Source: an uncultured Chitinophagaceae bacterium
GTDB taxonomy: Bacteria > Bacteroidota > Bacteroidia > Chitinophagales > Chitinophagaceae
Direction: 5' to 3'
Length of the DNA stretch: 64,000 bases
Assembly (NCBI GenBank): GCA_963696835.1
Contig: CAVOLS010000001.1
Coordinates: 102,662-166,661 of the forward strand
The notes under the pieces were generated by a model, which had not been told where the DNA came from, did not search any database, and saw only the letters and a list, made by a program, of their open reading frames with translations. Shown in pieces: positions 51,402-62,410 of this stretch. How positions within the stretch are numbered: the first letter of the stretch is position 1; the number at the start of each line of letters is the position of its first letter. The position numbers and the translations under genes are program-made.

Positions 51402-52511
51402 TTATTTCAATACATAAATTTTAAAACTTTCCGTTACCAATGAAAATTTTCTACCCCTGAAGGGCATATCAGGATCCACTATTGCTCGCCCCCAATCGTA
51501 TAATGTAGCAAACTTTATATAATCGTGCCCGAAAGTTCTTCCAATGTTTCCATAATTTCTAAGATATTTTTGGATGCCATCGATTTCTACTTTAACAAAA
51601 GCGCCGCTGCCTGCCAGACCTTCTTTCAGCGTAATCCTGATTGTCCGGGTTTTATTATAAAAATCAGAATAATCAGCGATCGGTTTGGTAACGGTTCTGG
51701 CATTCGATGGCGCTACGCATTCAACCCAGTTTAGGGTATTGCGGGTGGCCATTATCTGGAACGGCGGAGAATAATCGTCATGGGCGTGCAATTGCCAAAT
51801 CACATTAAGATCTTTTCCAGGACTAATAAAATCAGAATTTTGCGGAAAATATCCTTTCCATTCAAATACATAGGTTTTAGAAGTATCAACAGCATAATAA
51901 GAACCATAATGGATTTCAGTTCGTGCATATCTGCCATGCTTTCTATCCCCGCCATAGCCATCTTCAATAATTGAATAAAATTTGCCCTTTTCCTTATCAA
52001 GAAACATGCTGTTCAATCTGTCCCGCTCCAGATATACCACTTCATTCTCACTCACATCCATTTGCGTATGCTTATAAGTTGGGTCAGAATAGTTCCAATT
52101 GCGGGTTGTATCGTCGCGGATGTTAATTAGCGGCACCAATTGTGACATTGGAAAATCCCGAACCAGCACGCTGTTTGCGGGAGGAATATCATAATCGACC
52201 CTGATGACGACCGTATCTTTTTTAATGATTCCGCCTTTCGAAACTTTAAGCTCATAATACCAGGTTCCCTGTGAAAGATGTTTTACAGATGTAACAGGAG
52301 AACCTGGAGATGTAATTATAGAATGATCTGCAGGCCCGGTAGAAATTTTTTTCCATTTAAAAGCAGTTCCAAAACTTTTTCCGCCGATAGTCGTGGTGGA
52401 GGATTGTGTAAGAAAAACTCTTTTATCCTTGCCGGCATCCGCAATCTGGCAGAAAGAGGGTACCGAGAAAAATAATGAACCAATCAGAATAACGATTTTC
52501 ATGTTATGCAA
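51402..52511 (-). CDS. Secreted PKD/Ig-like plus polysaccharide-lyase-like (beta-jelly-roll) protein
   Basis: Signal peptide, ADAGKD...W..ISTGP...L..GTW.YEL; RTE, VIWQLH..PPF, YIKF. Confidence 0.6.
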   Translation of the reverse strand: MHNMKIVILIGSLFFSVPSFCQIADAGKDKRVFLTQSSTTTIGGKSFGTAFKWKKISTGPADHSIITSPGSPVTSVKHLSQGTWYYELKVSKGGIIKKDTVVIRVDYDIPPANSVLVRDFPMSQLVPLINIRDDTTRNWNYSDPTYKHTQMDVSENEVVYLERDRLNSMFLDKEKGKFYSIIEDGYGGDRKHGRYARTEIHYGSYYAVDTSKTYVFEWKGYFPQNSDFISPGKDLNVIWQLHAHDDYSPPFQIMATRNTLNWVECVAPSNARTVTKPIADYSDFYNKTRTIRITLKEGLAGSGAFVKVEIDGIQKYLRNYGNIGRTFGHDYIKFATLYDWGRAIVDPDMPFRGRKFSLVTESFKIYVLK

Positions 52512-52609
52512 TTTGTTTTAGCATTTATTGATAAAAAAGAAGAATAAGAGCATACTTTAAAGATAGAATAATGCACGCAAAAAATTATTTTAAAATAAAT
52601 GCTTAAGAA

Positions 52610-52656
52610 TTTGGTAAAACTAAAAAGATTAGTATTTTTGTTCTAAATAAATTAGT
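52610..52656 (+). promoter_or_regulatory. Sigma-A promoter flanked by two CTAA-N5-TTAG palindromic operators
   Basis: TTTG at 52610, 19-bp spacer, TATTTTTG at 52633; operators at 52620-52632 and 52643-52655. Confidence 0.78.
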
Positions 52657-52660
52657 TGAT

Positions 52661-53416
52661 ATGTCAATTGCAGGTCAAAATTTAAAATATCTTAGGAAAC
52701 TTCGCGGATGGACTCAGGAAGAATTTGCGACCAAACTGGGAATCAAACGCTCGCTGATTGGGGCTTATGAAGAGGAAAGGGCGGATCCCAGATTAGAAGT
52801 ACTTGAGGCCGTAAGCGAGATATTTAAAGTTTCGCTCGATGAACTTTTTTTACAGGATTTGAGCCAAACAAGCGGCTCTAGTTACCTGGCGAAAAGAAGA
52901 CAGATGAAAATGATGTCCGCTGAGAGGAATCTCATACATTTCGTTCCTGTGAAGGCCGCGGCAGGATATCTTGCCGGATATGCAGACAGCGAATTCATTG
53001 ATGAATTAAACACTTTTACGCTTCCTATGCTGTCAGGAGGAAATTACCGTGCTTTTGAAATTATCGGAGACAGCATGATGCCCACCCCAAGCGGGAGCGT
53101 GATCGTAGGAGAGAAAATTGAAAATCTTGACAATGTAAAGAATAATGCGGCTTATATAGTAGTAAGCAACAGTGAAGGCATTGTGTATAAACGGGTGATA
53201 AAAAATAATAAAAATAAAAACAAGATCACTTTGGTAAGCGACAATCCAGCCTTTCAACCCTACCAGGTGCAGACAACAGATGTTTTGGAAATGTGGCAGG
53301 CCCAGGCAGTAATCAATAAGGTTACGCAACAGCAAAGATGGGATGTCGATTCTTTAGTGAACCTTGTAAGCAATCTGCAGGACCAGGTGAGCAGTTTGAA
53401 AAAGAAAATGAATTAG
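52661..53416 (+). CDS. XRE-HTH plus S24 peptidase repressor (non-canonical LexA-like)
   Basis: HTH TQEEFA...GAYEE.RA.P, Ala-Gly in AAAGY, catalytic Ser in GDSM and Lys in VYKR. Confidence 0.88.
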   Translation: MSIAGQNLKYLRKLRGWTQEEFATKLGIKRSLIGAYEEERADPRLEVLEAVSEIFKVSLDELFLQDLSQTSGSSYLAKRRQMKMMSAERNLIHFVPVKAAAGYLAGYADSEFIDELNTFTLPMLSGGNYRAFEIIGDSMMPTPSGSVIVGEKIENLDNVKNNAAYIVVSNSEGIVYKRVIKNNKNKNKITLVSDNPAFQPYQVQTTDVLEMWQAQAVINKVTQQQRWDVDSLVNLVSNLQDQVSSLKKKMN

Positions 53417-53562
53417 AAGCAATCGCCACTTCCGCAAAGACAACAGCAAAAAGCGCATTTAATAATGACTTATGTTTGTAATTACTCATTAGATTTCGCT
53501 TCATTCTTACAATTAGAATGCGGCCGTTCAGATACATCGGTTCACAATTAAAAAACACAATT

Positions 53563-54009
53563 ATGATTAAGTTACAGATCATTGGCAACCTCGGCGGAGA
53601 TTGCGTTTTAAAAGAAATTAACGGTAAAAACGTTATGAATTTTACTGTTGCACACACAGAAAGATTCAAAGATGCTCAAGGGGTTCAAAAAGAAAGGACT
53701 ACCTGGGTGAATTGCGCGTATTGGTCTGACAGGACTGCCATAGCGCAATATTTAAAAAAGGGACAGTTGATCTTTGCGGAAGGAACTCCGGAAGTGGATC
53801 CTTATTTAAAAGATAACCAGCCGGCGGCAACACTCAGAATGCGGGTTCGTGAAATCCAACTCCTGGGAGGACGTACAGATGGTGGCGGTACTCATGAAAA
53901 TCAAAATCAGCATTCGCCCGCATCAGCAGCTCCCGCTTCTAACCATGCACCTCAGCAGTCACATTCCACTGCAGAAGTTCAGGAAGGGGCAGACGATTTA
54001 CCATTTTAA
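53563..54009 (+). CDS. ssb: Single-stranded DNA-binding protein
   Basis: IIGNLG, TTWVNC, YLKKG, C-terminal DDLPF. Confidence 0.95.
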   Translation: MIKLQIIGNLGGDCVLKEINGKNVMNFTVAHTERFKDAQGVQKERTTWVNCAYWSDRTAIAQYLKKGQLIFAEGTPEVDPYLKDNQPAATLRMRVREIQLLGGRTDGGGTHENQNQHSPASAAPASNHAPQQSHSTAEVQEGADDLPF

Positions 54010-54031
54010 TATTGTTGGGTTGTTAATGTTC

Positions 54032-54055
54032 AAGCGGTCAAAGACCGCTTTTTTT
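54032..54055 (+). terminator. Intrinsic terminator after ssb
   Basis: AAGCGGTC-AAA-GACCGCTT followed by a T run. Confidence 0.82.
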
Positions 54056-54535
54056 ATGTCTTGCGAGCACGGTGGCAATAAAAATTTGTAGGTACTATTT
54101 TTTGGGATCATTCCAATCTATATTGTCAGCCTCATCATCTGTTAGATGATTTTCCTCAAGATCCTCTTAATCCAGTACCGGAGTTTTCTTGCGATGGCAT
54201 TTTGCATAAAAACGATTATAGCATATTCGGTTTCCAGTCCTGTGCCATATTCACGTCTTGATAAATTTGCAACCTTGCAAGACCGTGCCAGTGCTGCTAT
54301 AAAAATCGTTGCGATAAACCTATAATTGAAACCCGCAGCAAACGGACTTTTTTTTATGTTTTCTTATAAAAGAAATTAATTAATTGAAAACGAATTTGTT
54401 TCAGCATAGTTATTATAATTGCCATTCAGTTGCTTTCACATCCTCTATCCGTAAAAAGCAATTCCGCACTATTTGAGTAATGGTTATTAACCTGCGCGTT
54501 GCTGCCTTAATTTTTTATTCAAAAACTGAATTGAA

Positions 54536-57500
54536 ATGAGAAAATTTCACACATGCAACTTCATTGCCAAAAGTTTTTTTCAACCGGGAAAAATTTGTTC
54601 AATTTTCTTAGGGTATTTATTTTTTGTTGCTTCAATATTATTTGAAAAAAGCAGTTACGGCCAGACAATTATTTTCTCGGAAAATATGGGTAGATCCGGG
54701 AACTAACAACTAATGCAATCTGTAATCATGAATTTCAAAATTCTGCACCCATAATTTTTACTGGTAGTGCTGATGTAAGATCGTCAAGCCCATCTTCCGG
54801 CAATACCGGAGCAAGTGGAGAGGGAAATGTATACTTTTCAAATAAGGAGGATACTTACTTTCAGATTGAGGGAATCAACACATTGAATTATTCTAATCTC
54901 GCTCTTTCATTTGGCCACTTTAAAAGTGCAACGACGCCAAGTAATGAACTCGCGGTTGAAGTTAGTGCAGATGGAATAAATTATTCACCGATGAATTATG
55001 ACAGAGCAAAGGGCACCGAATACGGCCAACTGGGTATGGATTAACGCCAACCGGAACCATCCCTTCAACTCCTAACCTTCGCATAAAATTCCGGCAATTG
55101 GTAAGCTCAACCCAATTCCGGATCGATGATATTCTACTAACGGGAACACCTGGGGAAATTTTACCATCACTTTATTACAGAAGCAATACTTCAACCGGAA
55201 ACTGGTATTCTCCATCGAGTTGGGAATCATCGCCAGGATAGTTTAACCTGGTTTAATGCAACTTCAATTCCGGCAGGCGATGCAAAAGGGATCGTAATCA
55301 GAAGCGGGCATACGATTACCCTCAATGACAACATTACCGCAACACTTTTGACAGTTGAAAAAAACGCCGTTCTCACCAATACAAATATTGCAGGTGGCAA
55401 TCAATTAACTATTGAAAAGAATGATACTGATGAACCTGATTTCTCAATTTATGGCACCTATGTTTTATTCGGCAAACCACCTTTGTTTAACAATAACGCA
55501 ATTGCAACCGTTCATAAAAACGGGATAGTGAGAGTGGATACTAATACGACTGGAAATTCAGAAAAATTCGCTTCTTCATCCAATGTGCTTTTTAAAACCG
55601 GAGCCATTTTTGAATGGAATTCTGAAACGGCTTTCGCGACCGCAAACACCATTTATTTTCCAAATGCTACAGAACAAGAGATTCCGGTTTTTAAAATCAG
55701 CAAAACGACTCCTGATTTAGGCGCGACATCCCAAACCATTTTTAATGGACTCGTCGAAATAAATTCAAATTCAACTTTTACCGGCAAGGGATTAAAAATT
55801 TTCAGGGATGGAATTACAGGAAATTCAACACTCACATTACTTACCTTCGACGGGCGGCTATGATATTACATCAGCCAAAGCAATTTTAGGAGGCACTTTA
55901 CAATTAGTTTTAGAAGAAAATGTAAGAATACCGAATGGAATAACGATTCCTTCGGATGCCAACATAAAAGTTTCAACGATAAATAAAGGATTTTTAAAAT
56001 CAGTCAATTCTTTTTTAATTAATGGTATTCTTGATATAGGGGTTGCAACAATTTCAAATCCCACCGGAGAAGTTATATTAAGCGGTACCATTAAAACTTC
56101 AAAAGACAAAGGTTTGTATGGAACAGGAGCTAATATTTCATCCGGATTGATATTTACCTAAATGAAGGAAGTATTGTTGAATATAATGGCGCCAATCAGG
56201 ATATTACCGCTACTTTCAAGCCTGTCACTCCATATTATCATTTAATTTTTTCAGGAAGCGGTGTTAAAACTCCTAAGGGTGGTTTAAATGTCCATTCTTC
56301 CGGCTCTGTAAAGATTACCGGTGATGAGGTAATATTCGATTGTTCAACGGCAAATATTGGCTCAAACATTACTAATTCGACCAGTTTTATTATGGATGGG
56401 GGTTTGTTGATTTTAGGAACTACAGGAGGCGGAACGCCACTTCCTTTTATGAATGGCCCTTATTTGATCACAGGCGGAACAATCCGTTATTCTAACAATA
56501 GTCCAACTGCCCAGACAATAAGATCAAAAACTTATCAAAACATTGAAATTACAGGAACCAGTGTAAAAAATTCTGATGGAAATATAACGCTGAACGCCAG
56601 AGGCACCTTCACTGTAAGAACAGGAGGAATTTTTGAAATTAATGCCAATTCAATAACTTGTCCCAACGGGGACGGAAGCGTTTCCGTAGAAAATGGCGCT
56701 GTTTTTAAAACCGGAAACAATAAGGGTTTTAATGGATTCGCCACCAGTTCATTAACCTATTCGGCTATTCACGCCAATATTAAAGACATTCTGCTCGATC
56801 CTGCAAGCACCATTGAGTATAAGGGCACAGATCAGCCAATCACGAACTCAAATGGCCTTGTTTATGGAAACCTGTTGCTCTCAGGCAGTGGCCAAAAAAC
56901 AGCCAGTCCGGATCCATTATTTATTGAAGGCGACTTTGTAAAAACCGGAACCGGTACTTTCCTGCACAACAATGGCCTTGTGGTTTTTAATGGCAGGAAT
57001 GCCCAGGCATTTAGCAGCAACTCCCCGATTCAATTTTATTCCGTTACAAATAATAATACTTCAGGCCTTTCCATTAATAGTGATATGGAAATCTATAAAG
57101 AACTTTCATTAGGAGAAAATTCAACATTAGTTTTGAACACAGGAACCATTCATTTAAAATCCGATCAAAATAATACCGCTAATGTAGCCCCGATTCCCGC
57201 GAACGCGTCTATAACCTATCATTCAGGGCGCTTTTTTGTAGAACGATATATTCCGAACCATCCAAAATCCTGGCAGTTTTTGAGCGCGCCTGTGAAAGGC
57301 AGTACAGTAAAGGATTCCTGGCAGGAAGGTAATGAGCCCGGAGAAAATAAAAAGCCGGGTTTCGGAACCCAGATTACCAGCAATTTGCCAGGAGCTACCA
57401 GCCTTGGATTTGACATGAGTTCAGCGAGCCCTTCCATGAAAACTTATAATTCTGTCACTAATCAATGGGAAGGAATAGCAGACACAAAAAATCTATTAAT

Positions 57501-58962
57501 CGAAAACCAGAAAGGATATATGATTTTTATTCGCGGAGACCGAAGCGTAACGGGCGTTAATCAGGCTTCGACAGCAACAACGCTTCGTGCTTCCGGAAGA
57601 CTTTATGCACCTAACGAGGAGGTGCCAAAAATGATTCAAATTCCGGCAAATAGTTTTACCTCCATTGGAAACCCATATGCTTCTTCTATTGATTTCGAAA
57701 AGCTGGTATTATCCGGAGGCGTCGAAAGTGCTTATTACATTTGGGATTCCCGGTTAACCACCTCAGGCAAGTCCGCTTATGGTTATGGTGCCTATCGTAC
57801 AGTTTCAGGAAATGCCGTTGTTCCTGCTGATGGCATTTACGCTGACGGCAATATTATCCCTAAAATACAATCCGGGCAGGCATTCTTTGTTCACGCTACT
57901 GAACCAGGCACCCTTTCATTCAGTGAAAGTTGCAAGACTAACAGCAGTGTTTCCCTGTTTAGGACTACTGATGAATTTACAAAACCAGTTGCCCAATTGC
58001 GGGCGAATCTTTATGCTATTTTGGAAAATGAACGAATCCTGATTGATGGCACTTTGACCCAGTTCGATGCTTCCTACTCCAATCACCTCGACAATCTTGA
58101 TGCGCCAAAAATTATTAATTCAGGTGAAAACATGAGCATCATATCGGCAAATACAAAACTATCCATCGAGCGCCGGCAAATGGGATTATCGAATGATACC
58201 TTGTCCTATTGCTTAGAACAATTACAGTTTAGGGATTACATCCTTCAATTTACCGGAAGCCGATTGGAGCAATATGGAAAGGAAGCATTGCTGAAAGATA
58301 ATTATTCGGGAACAACGATCCCTATCAGCCTGTCGGAACCTACTGAGATTCACTTTTCCGTTAACTCTTCAAACGCTACTTCTTTAAAAGACCGGTTCCG
58401 GGTTGTTTTTCATGCAGCCTCCGCTCCCCTGTCTCTCAATTTTATTTTACTAAAAGCATCCAGGAGAAATAATTCCATACTTGTTGAATGGAAAGTTGAA
58501 AATGAAAAGGATATAAGTCATTACATCATCGAAAAATCAGATGATGGGAAACGGTTTATTTTGTTTAAAGAGGTTCAGGCAAATGGTTCCAGCTATTCCC
58601 ATACAGATAATTCACCTTTTGCCGGCTCCAATTACTACAGGATAAAAAGCGTTATCAATGGTAAAGAAACCTTTAGCGAAATTGTCCGTATAAATCTTCC
58701 GGAACGGGAATCGAAAATCAGCGTTTATAGCACCGTGTTAAAAAAAGGAATAGCCATTTTGGAATTCACTAATCAGCCAGCGGGAACCTATAGGCTTTAC
58801 CTGTTCAATTCCTCGGGACAACAAATTTTTATAAAAGAAATCATTCATCCCGGAGGAACCGCAATGCATTCTATTTCAATGAGCAATCCTGCCAAGGGAA
58901 TATATCCATTGAAAATTCACTGCCCTGATGGAAACCAGAAGGTGATGCGGGTGTCATTTTGA
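54536..58962 (+). pseudogene. Large (~1470 aa) T9SS-secreted beta-rich surface protein split by about 5 frameshifts (probably sequencing error)
   Basis: Signal peptide MRKFHT...SYGQTIIFSENMG; contiguous coding-like pieces in alternating frames; C-terminal NYYRIK and GIY.L sorting-type domain. Confidence 0.75.
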
Positions 58963-58989
58963 GGTTTGCAATTTGCATTAGGAACAACA

Positions 58990-60636
58990 CTATTTCTTAA
59001 AACTGTCTTTTAAGGTAACGGTCCTGTTAAATACCATTGCTCCCGGTTTCGAATCGGGATCAACACAGAAATATCCGTTACGCAGAAATTGGAAATGCTG
59101 ACCATTCTCAGCCTCCTGAAGTGCAGGCTCAATGAACGAATGTTTCAATACCTGTAATGAGTCAGGGTTAATGAAATCTTTGAAATCACCCTCTTCCGCC
59201 GCGGGATTTTCTACCTTAAATAAAGGATTATACAATCGCACTTCGGCCCTTGCCGCATCTCTGGCATTCAGCCAATGGATGGTTCCTTTTACCTTAAGTT
59301 GGCTATGGTCGTGACCGCTTTTGCTCTCGGGTAAATAAGTGCAATGAATTTCTGTAACATTACCAGAATCGTCTTTTTTAAAGCTTTCGCATTTTATTAT
59401 GTAAGCGCTTTTCAATCTCACCATCATTCCCGGCGCCAGCCTGAACCATTTTTTCACAGGTTCTTCCATAAAATCTTCTCTTTCAATCCACAACTCTTTT
59501 GAAAAAGAAACTGTTCTTGTATCTGAAGGATCATTTGGAAGATTTTCTGTTACCAATTCTTCCGTTTTATCATCCTCATAATTATCGATAATAAGTTTTA
59601 CCGGGTTCAATACGGCCATTGCTCTTGGCGCGGTTGCATTCAATTCTTCTCGGATGCAAAACTCCAGCAGACTAATATCTATCAAATTATCGCGTTTGGC
59701 TACACCAATTTTCTCGCAAAAATTCCTGATACTCGAAGGTGTATAACCTTTCCTCCTGAAACCGGAAATAGTTGGCATTCTCGGATCATCCCATCCTGAA
59801 ACATATCCCTCATTAACAAGCTGTAGCAATTTGCGTTTACTCATTACCGTATAGGTCATGTTGAGCCGGGCAAATTCATATTGATGTGAAGGAAAAATTT
59901 CCAGCTTGTCGATATACCAATCATATAAAGGGCGATGGGGAATAAATTCGAGCGTGCAAACGCTGTGCGTAATATGCTCAATACTATCGCTTTGCCCGTG
60001 AGCGAAATCATAGAGCGGATAGATGCACCATTCATCCCCGGTTCTGTGGTGATGCGCATGTTTAATACGGTACATAATCGGATCGCGCATTTGCATGTTT
60101 TGGGAAGCCATATCAATTTTTGCACGCAACACTTTTTCACCATCTTTAAAAGCGCCGTTTTTCATCTGCTCAAAAAGAAAAAGATTTTCTTCAACCGTTC
60201 TGTTGCGAAACTCATTTTCTTTCCCAGGTTCTGTTGGAGTGCCTTTTTCCTGCGCGATTTTTTCCGCTGAGCTATCATCCACATATGCAAGTCCTTTCTG
60301 AATAAGCTTTACAGCCAATTCATACAATTGATGAAAATAATCGCTTGCGTAAAATTCATTCACCCATTCAAATCCAAGCCACCTGACATCCTCTTTGATG
60401 CTATCAACATATTCGGTTTCTTCAGTAACCGGATTCGTGTCATCAAAACGCAAATTAGTAGCGCCATTATACTTTTCAGCGAGTCCGAAATTGAGGCAAA
60501 TGCTTTTGGCATGACCGATATGAAGGTAGCCATTAGGTTCTGGCGGAAACCTGGTTAATATCGTTTCATATTTGCCGTTCCGCAAATCCGCTTCTACAAT
60601 TTCTTCTATGAAATTCAGGCTCTTTTCTTCAGACAT
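58990..60636 (-). CDS. glnS: Glutamine--tRNA ligase
   Basis: [38 protein letters not shown]. Confidence 0.97.
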   Translation of the reverse strand: MSEEKSLNFIEEIVEADLRNGKYETILTRFPPEPNGYLHIGHAKSICLNFGLAEKYNGATNLRFDDTNPVTEETEYVDSIKEDVRWLGFEWVNEFYASDYFHQLYELAVKLIQKGLAYVDDSSAEKIAQEKGTPTEPGKENEFRNRTVEENLFLFEQMKNGAFKDGEKVLRAKIDMASQNMQMRDPIMYRIKHAHHHRTGDEWCIYPLYDFAHGQSDSIEHITHSVCTLEFIPHRPLYDWYIDKLEIFPSHQYEFARLNMTYTVMSKRKLLQLVNEGYVSGWDDPRMPTISGFRRKGYTPSSIRNFCEKIGVAKRDNLIDISLLEFCIREELNATAPRAMAVLNPVKLIIDNYEDDKTEELVTENLPNDPSDTRTVSFSKELWIEREDFMEEPVKKWFRLAPGMMVRLKSAYIIKCESFKKDDSGNVTEIHCTYLPESKSGHDHSQLKVKGTIHWLNARDAARAEVRLYNPLFKVENPAAEEGDFKDFINPDSLQVLKHSFIEPALQEAENGQHFQFLRNGYFCVDPDSKPGAMVFNRTVTLKDSFKK

Positions 60637-60666
60637 GTTATTTATTTATTGAGTGGTTCTTGTAAA

Positions 60667-61554
60667 TTAATTTCCGATAATGTAGATCAAAGAGCTGCAT
60701 TTGGAATGATTTGTGAAAGCTTTAAAATTAGAAAGAAACCCTGAAAAAAATGCGTTTGCTATACGGCTCTTTCCGGTTTTATATTGTTCGCTTAGCAGGC
60801 TCACATAAACACTATCGTACCACATCGGTTTAATTGAGTGGATCTTCATGCCATGCTTGCTGATCAAAGTTTGCATCGAACGCGGGGAAAAATGATGTAA
60901 ATGACGCGGCACATCATAAGCCGCCCAAAATTCCTTATACACTGCAGCATCATAAGAAGTATAATTCGGCACAGCGATAAAGATCTTTCCTTCCGGTTTT
61001 AATAAATTCTTCAGTTGCTGGATATATTCATGCAAATCATGAACATGCTCTAAAACATGCCACATTGTGATTGCGTCAAAACTTTTCTCTGGCAAACGAA
61101 CAAATTCTTCGGTTTCTTCTAAATGCAACCCATATAGCTCTTTTGCTTTTTGCCGTGCGGTTGCATCAGGTTCCAACCCCGTAAAGCTCCATTTTGCCTC
61201 TTTCATGCATGCTAAAAAAGCGCCGGTTCCGCAACCAACATCAAGGATACTTCCCTCTTTTTTCAAGGTAGCATTTTGAACCAGTTTCCTTTTTTGGGAA
61301 AGGGTGCGCCTCCTTACTGTATGGTAAAGGCCATTAATGAAACCTTTGCGGGTATCGGTATGAGAAATATAATTTTCCGATTGGTAATATTTGCCGATCT
61401 CCTCTTTTGAAGGAACATTTTGAGTAAAACGGTGCGTGCAATTCGCACATTCCCAAATTTGAAACATTTCGCCGGAAACCGTATAATCTTTAACTAAAAA
61501 AACCACTGAAATATTTTTGCCACCGCAATTCGGGCAGGAATCATGCACTATCAT
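60667..61554 (-). CDS. Class I SAM-dependent methyltransferase with N-terminal Zn ribbon
   Basis: CPNC...CANC, LDVGCGTG, WHVLEH, YDVPRHL. Confidence 0.9.
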   Translation of the reverse strand: MIVHDSCPNCGGKNISVVFLVKDYTVSGEMFQIWECANCTHRFTQNVPSKEEIGKYYQSENYISHTDTRKGFINGLYHTVRRRTLSQKRKLVQNATLKKEGSILDVGCGTGAFLACMKEAKWSFTGLEPDATARQKAKELYGLHLEETEEFVRLPEKSFDAITMWHVLEHVHDLHEYIQQLKNLLKPEGKIFIAVPNYTSYDAAVYKEFWAAYDVPRHLHHFSPRSMQTLISKHGMKIHSIKPMWYDSVYVSLLSEQYKTGKSRIANAFFSGFLSNFKAFTNHSKCSSLIYIIGN

Positions 61555-61626
61555 TTTGCAAATATATTGCCCTGAAAAGCAATTTTGAAAAGAATAAATT
61601 TTAAGAATCCATATGCTAAAAACTGA

Positions 61627-61720
61627 ACCAATAAGAAGTGAGGAATAGTTAAGCTTCTTAATGCCTTAACTCCTTAATGGTTTTAAATGAATGCTTAATG
61701 GTTAAAAAGATTAATGGTTT
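61627..61720. repeat. Short-period CTTAA/TTAATGGTT repeat with an inverted arm
   Basis: AACCAATAAG...TTAAG followed by CTTAATG, CTTAAC and three TTAATGGTT. Confidence 0.55.
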
Positions 61721-61722
61721 TT

Positions 61723-62358
61723 TTAAAAATGAGTAGGCGCAGGGGTTGCAGGGACATGCCTGGTTTCATTACCTGTGGAGAATGAAGAAGACGAACCGCT
61801 GAAAAAATGTATGAATAAGATGGCAAGTGCGATGACCAGCAGAACAGCGGCTGCTATTTTCCATCCGGATCTTTTCACCTCCTCCTCTTCCTTCAAATAT
61901 TGATTCATGGCTGAGGAGGTTGTCTCTTTATCCCCCACCAGCACAGCATGATCGGCATTTTCATGAATTACCCTTTCTGCGGCAAGCGATTCAAAAAAAG
62001 GCACAGACTGCTCGCGTTCAAAGTAAATACTTCCAGGTTCCTTCTTTCCTAAACTGCCCACGGATTTGAAAGTGATTTTTTCCCCATGTTCCAATTTTGC
62101 TAGTGTCGCCAAACACCAGGCATCCAGTTGCTCCCCTGCTTCAGCTTCAGTAATATTTTTTTTATTCGCGATGTATTTTGGCAGCCCACGGGCATTATTT
62201 TCATCTTTCTGCGTAAAGATTATTTGTTCACCGGGCGGGCTCATCTTTTTATGAATAGTGTCCATTTTTGCCGGAACATTCACGATCCTTATCCTTCCTA
62301 TCCGGGGAAGACTACACTCGTGTGTCTGCACTAAAAAAGATGTGATCAGATCTTGCAT
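61723..62358 (-). CDS. HU/CCDC81-like domain protein with a C-terminal TM helix
   Basis: LPRIG and ITFKSVGSL HU-like motifs; hydrophobic WKIAAAVLLVIALAILFIHFF. Confidence 0.6.
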   Translation of the reverse strand: MQDLITSFLVQTHECSLPRIGRIRIVNVPAKMDTIHKKMSPPGEQIIFTQKDENNARGLPKYIANKKNITEAEAGEQLDAWCLATLAKLEHGEKITFKSVGSLGKKEPGSIYFEREQSVPFFESLAAERVIHENADHAVLVGDKETTSSAMNQYLKEEEEVKRSGWKIAAAVLLVIALAILFIHFFSGSSSSFSTGNETRHVPATPAPTHF

Positions 62359-62410
62359 AAATTTTGTCAAATATCCATATTTTATTTTTGCCGCAGGCAA
62401 TAAAACCTCT

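Noticed and set aside
52661-54009. Prophage remnant (CI-like repressor plus ssb)
   Set aside because: No integrase, structural or replication genes; the pair fits a host SOS-type regulator and the housekeeping ssb
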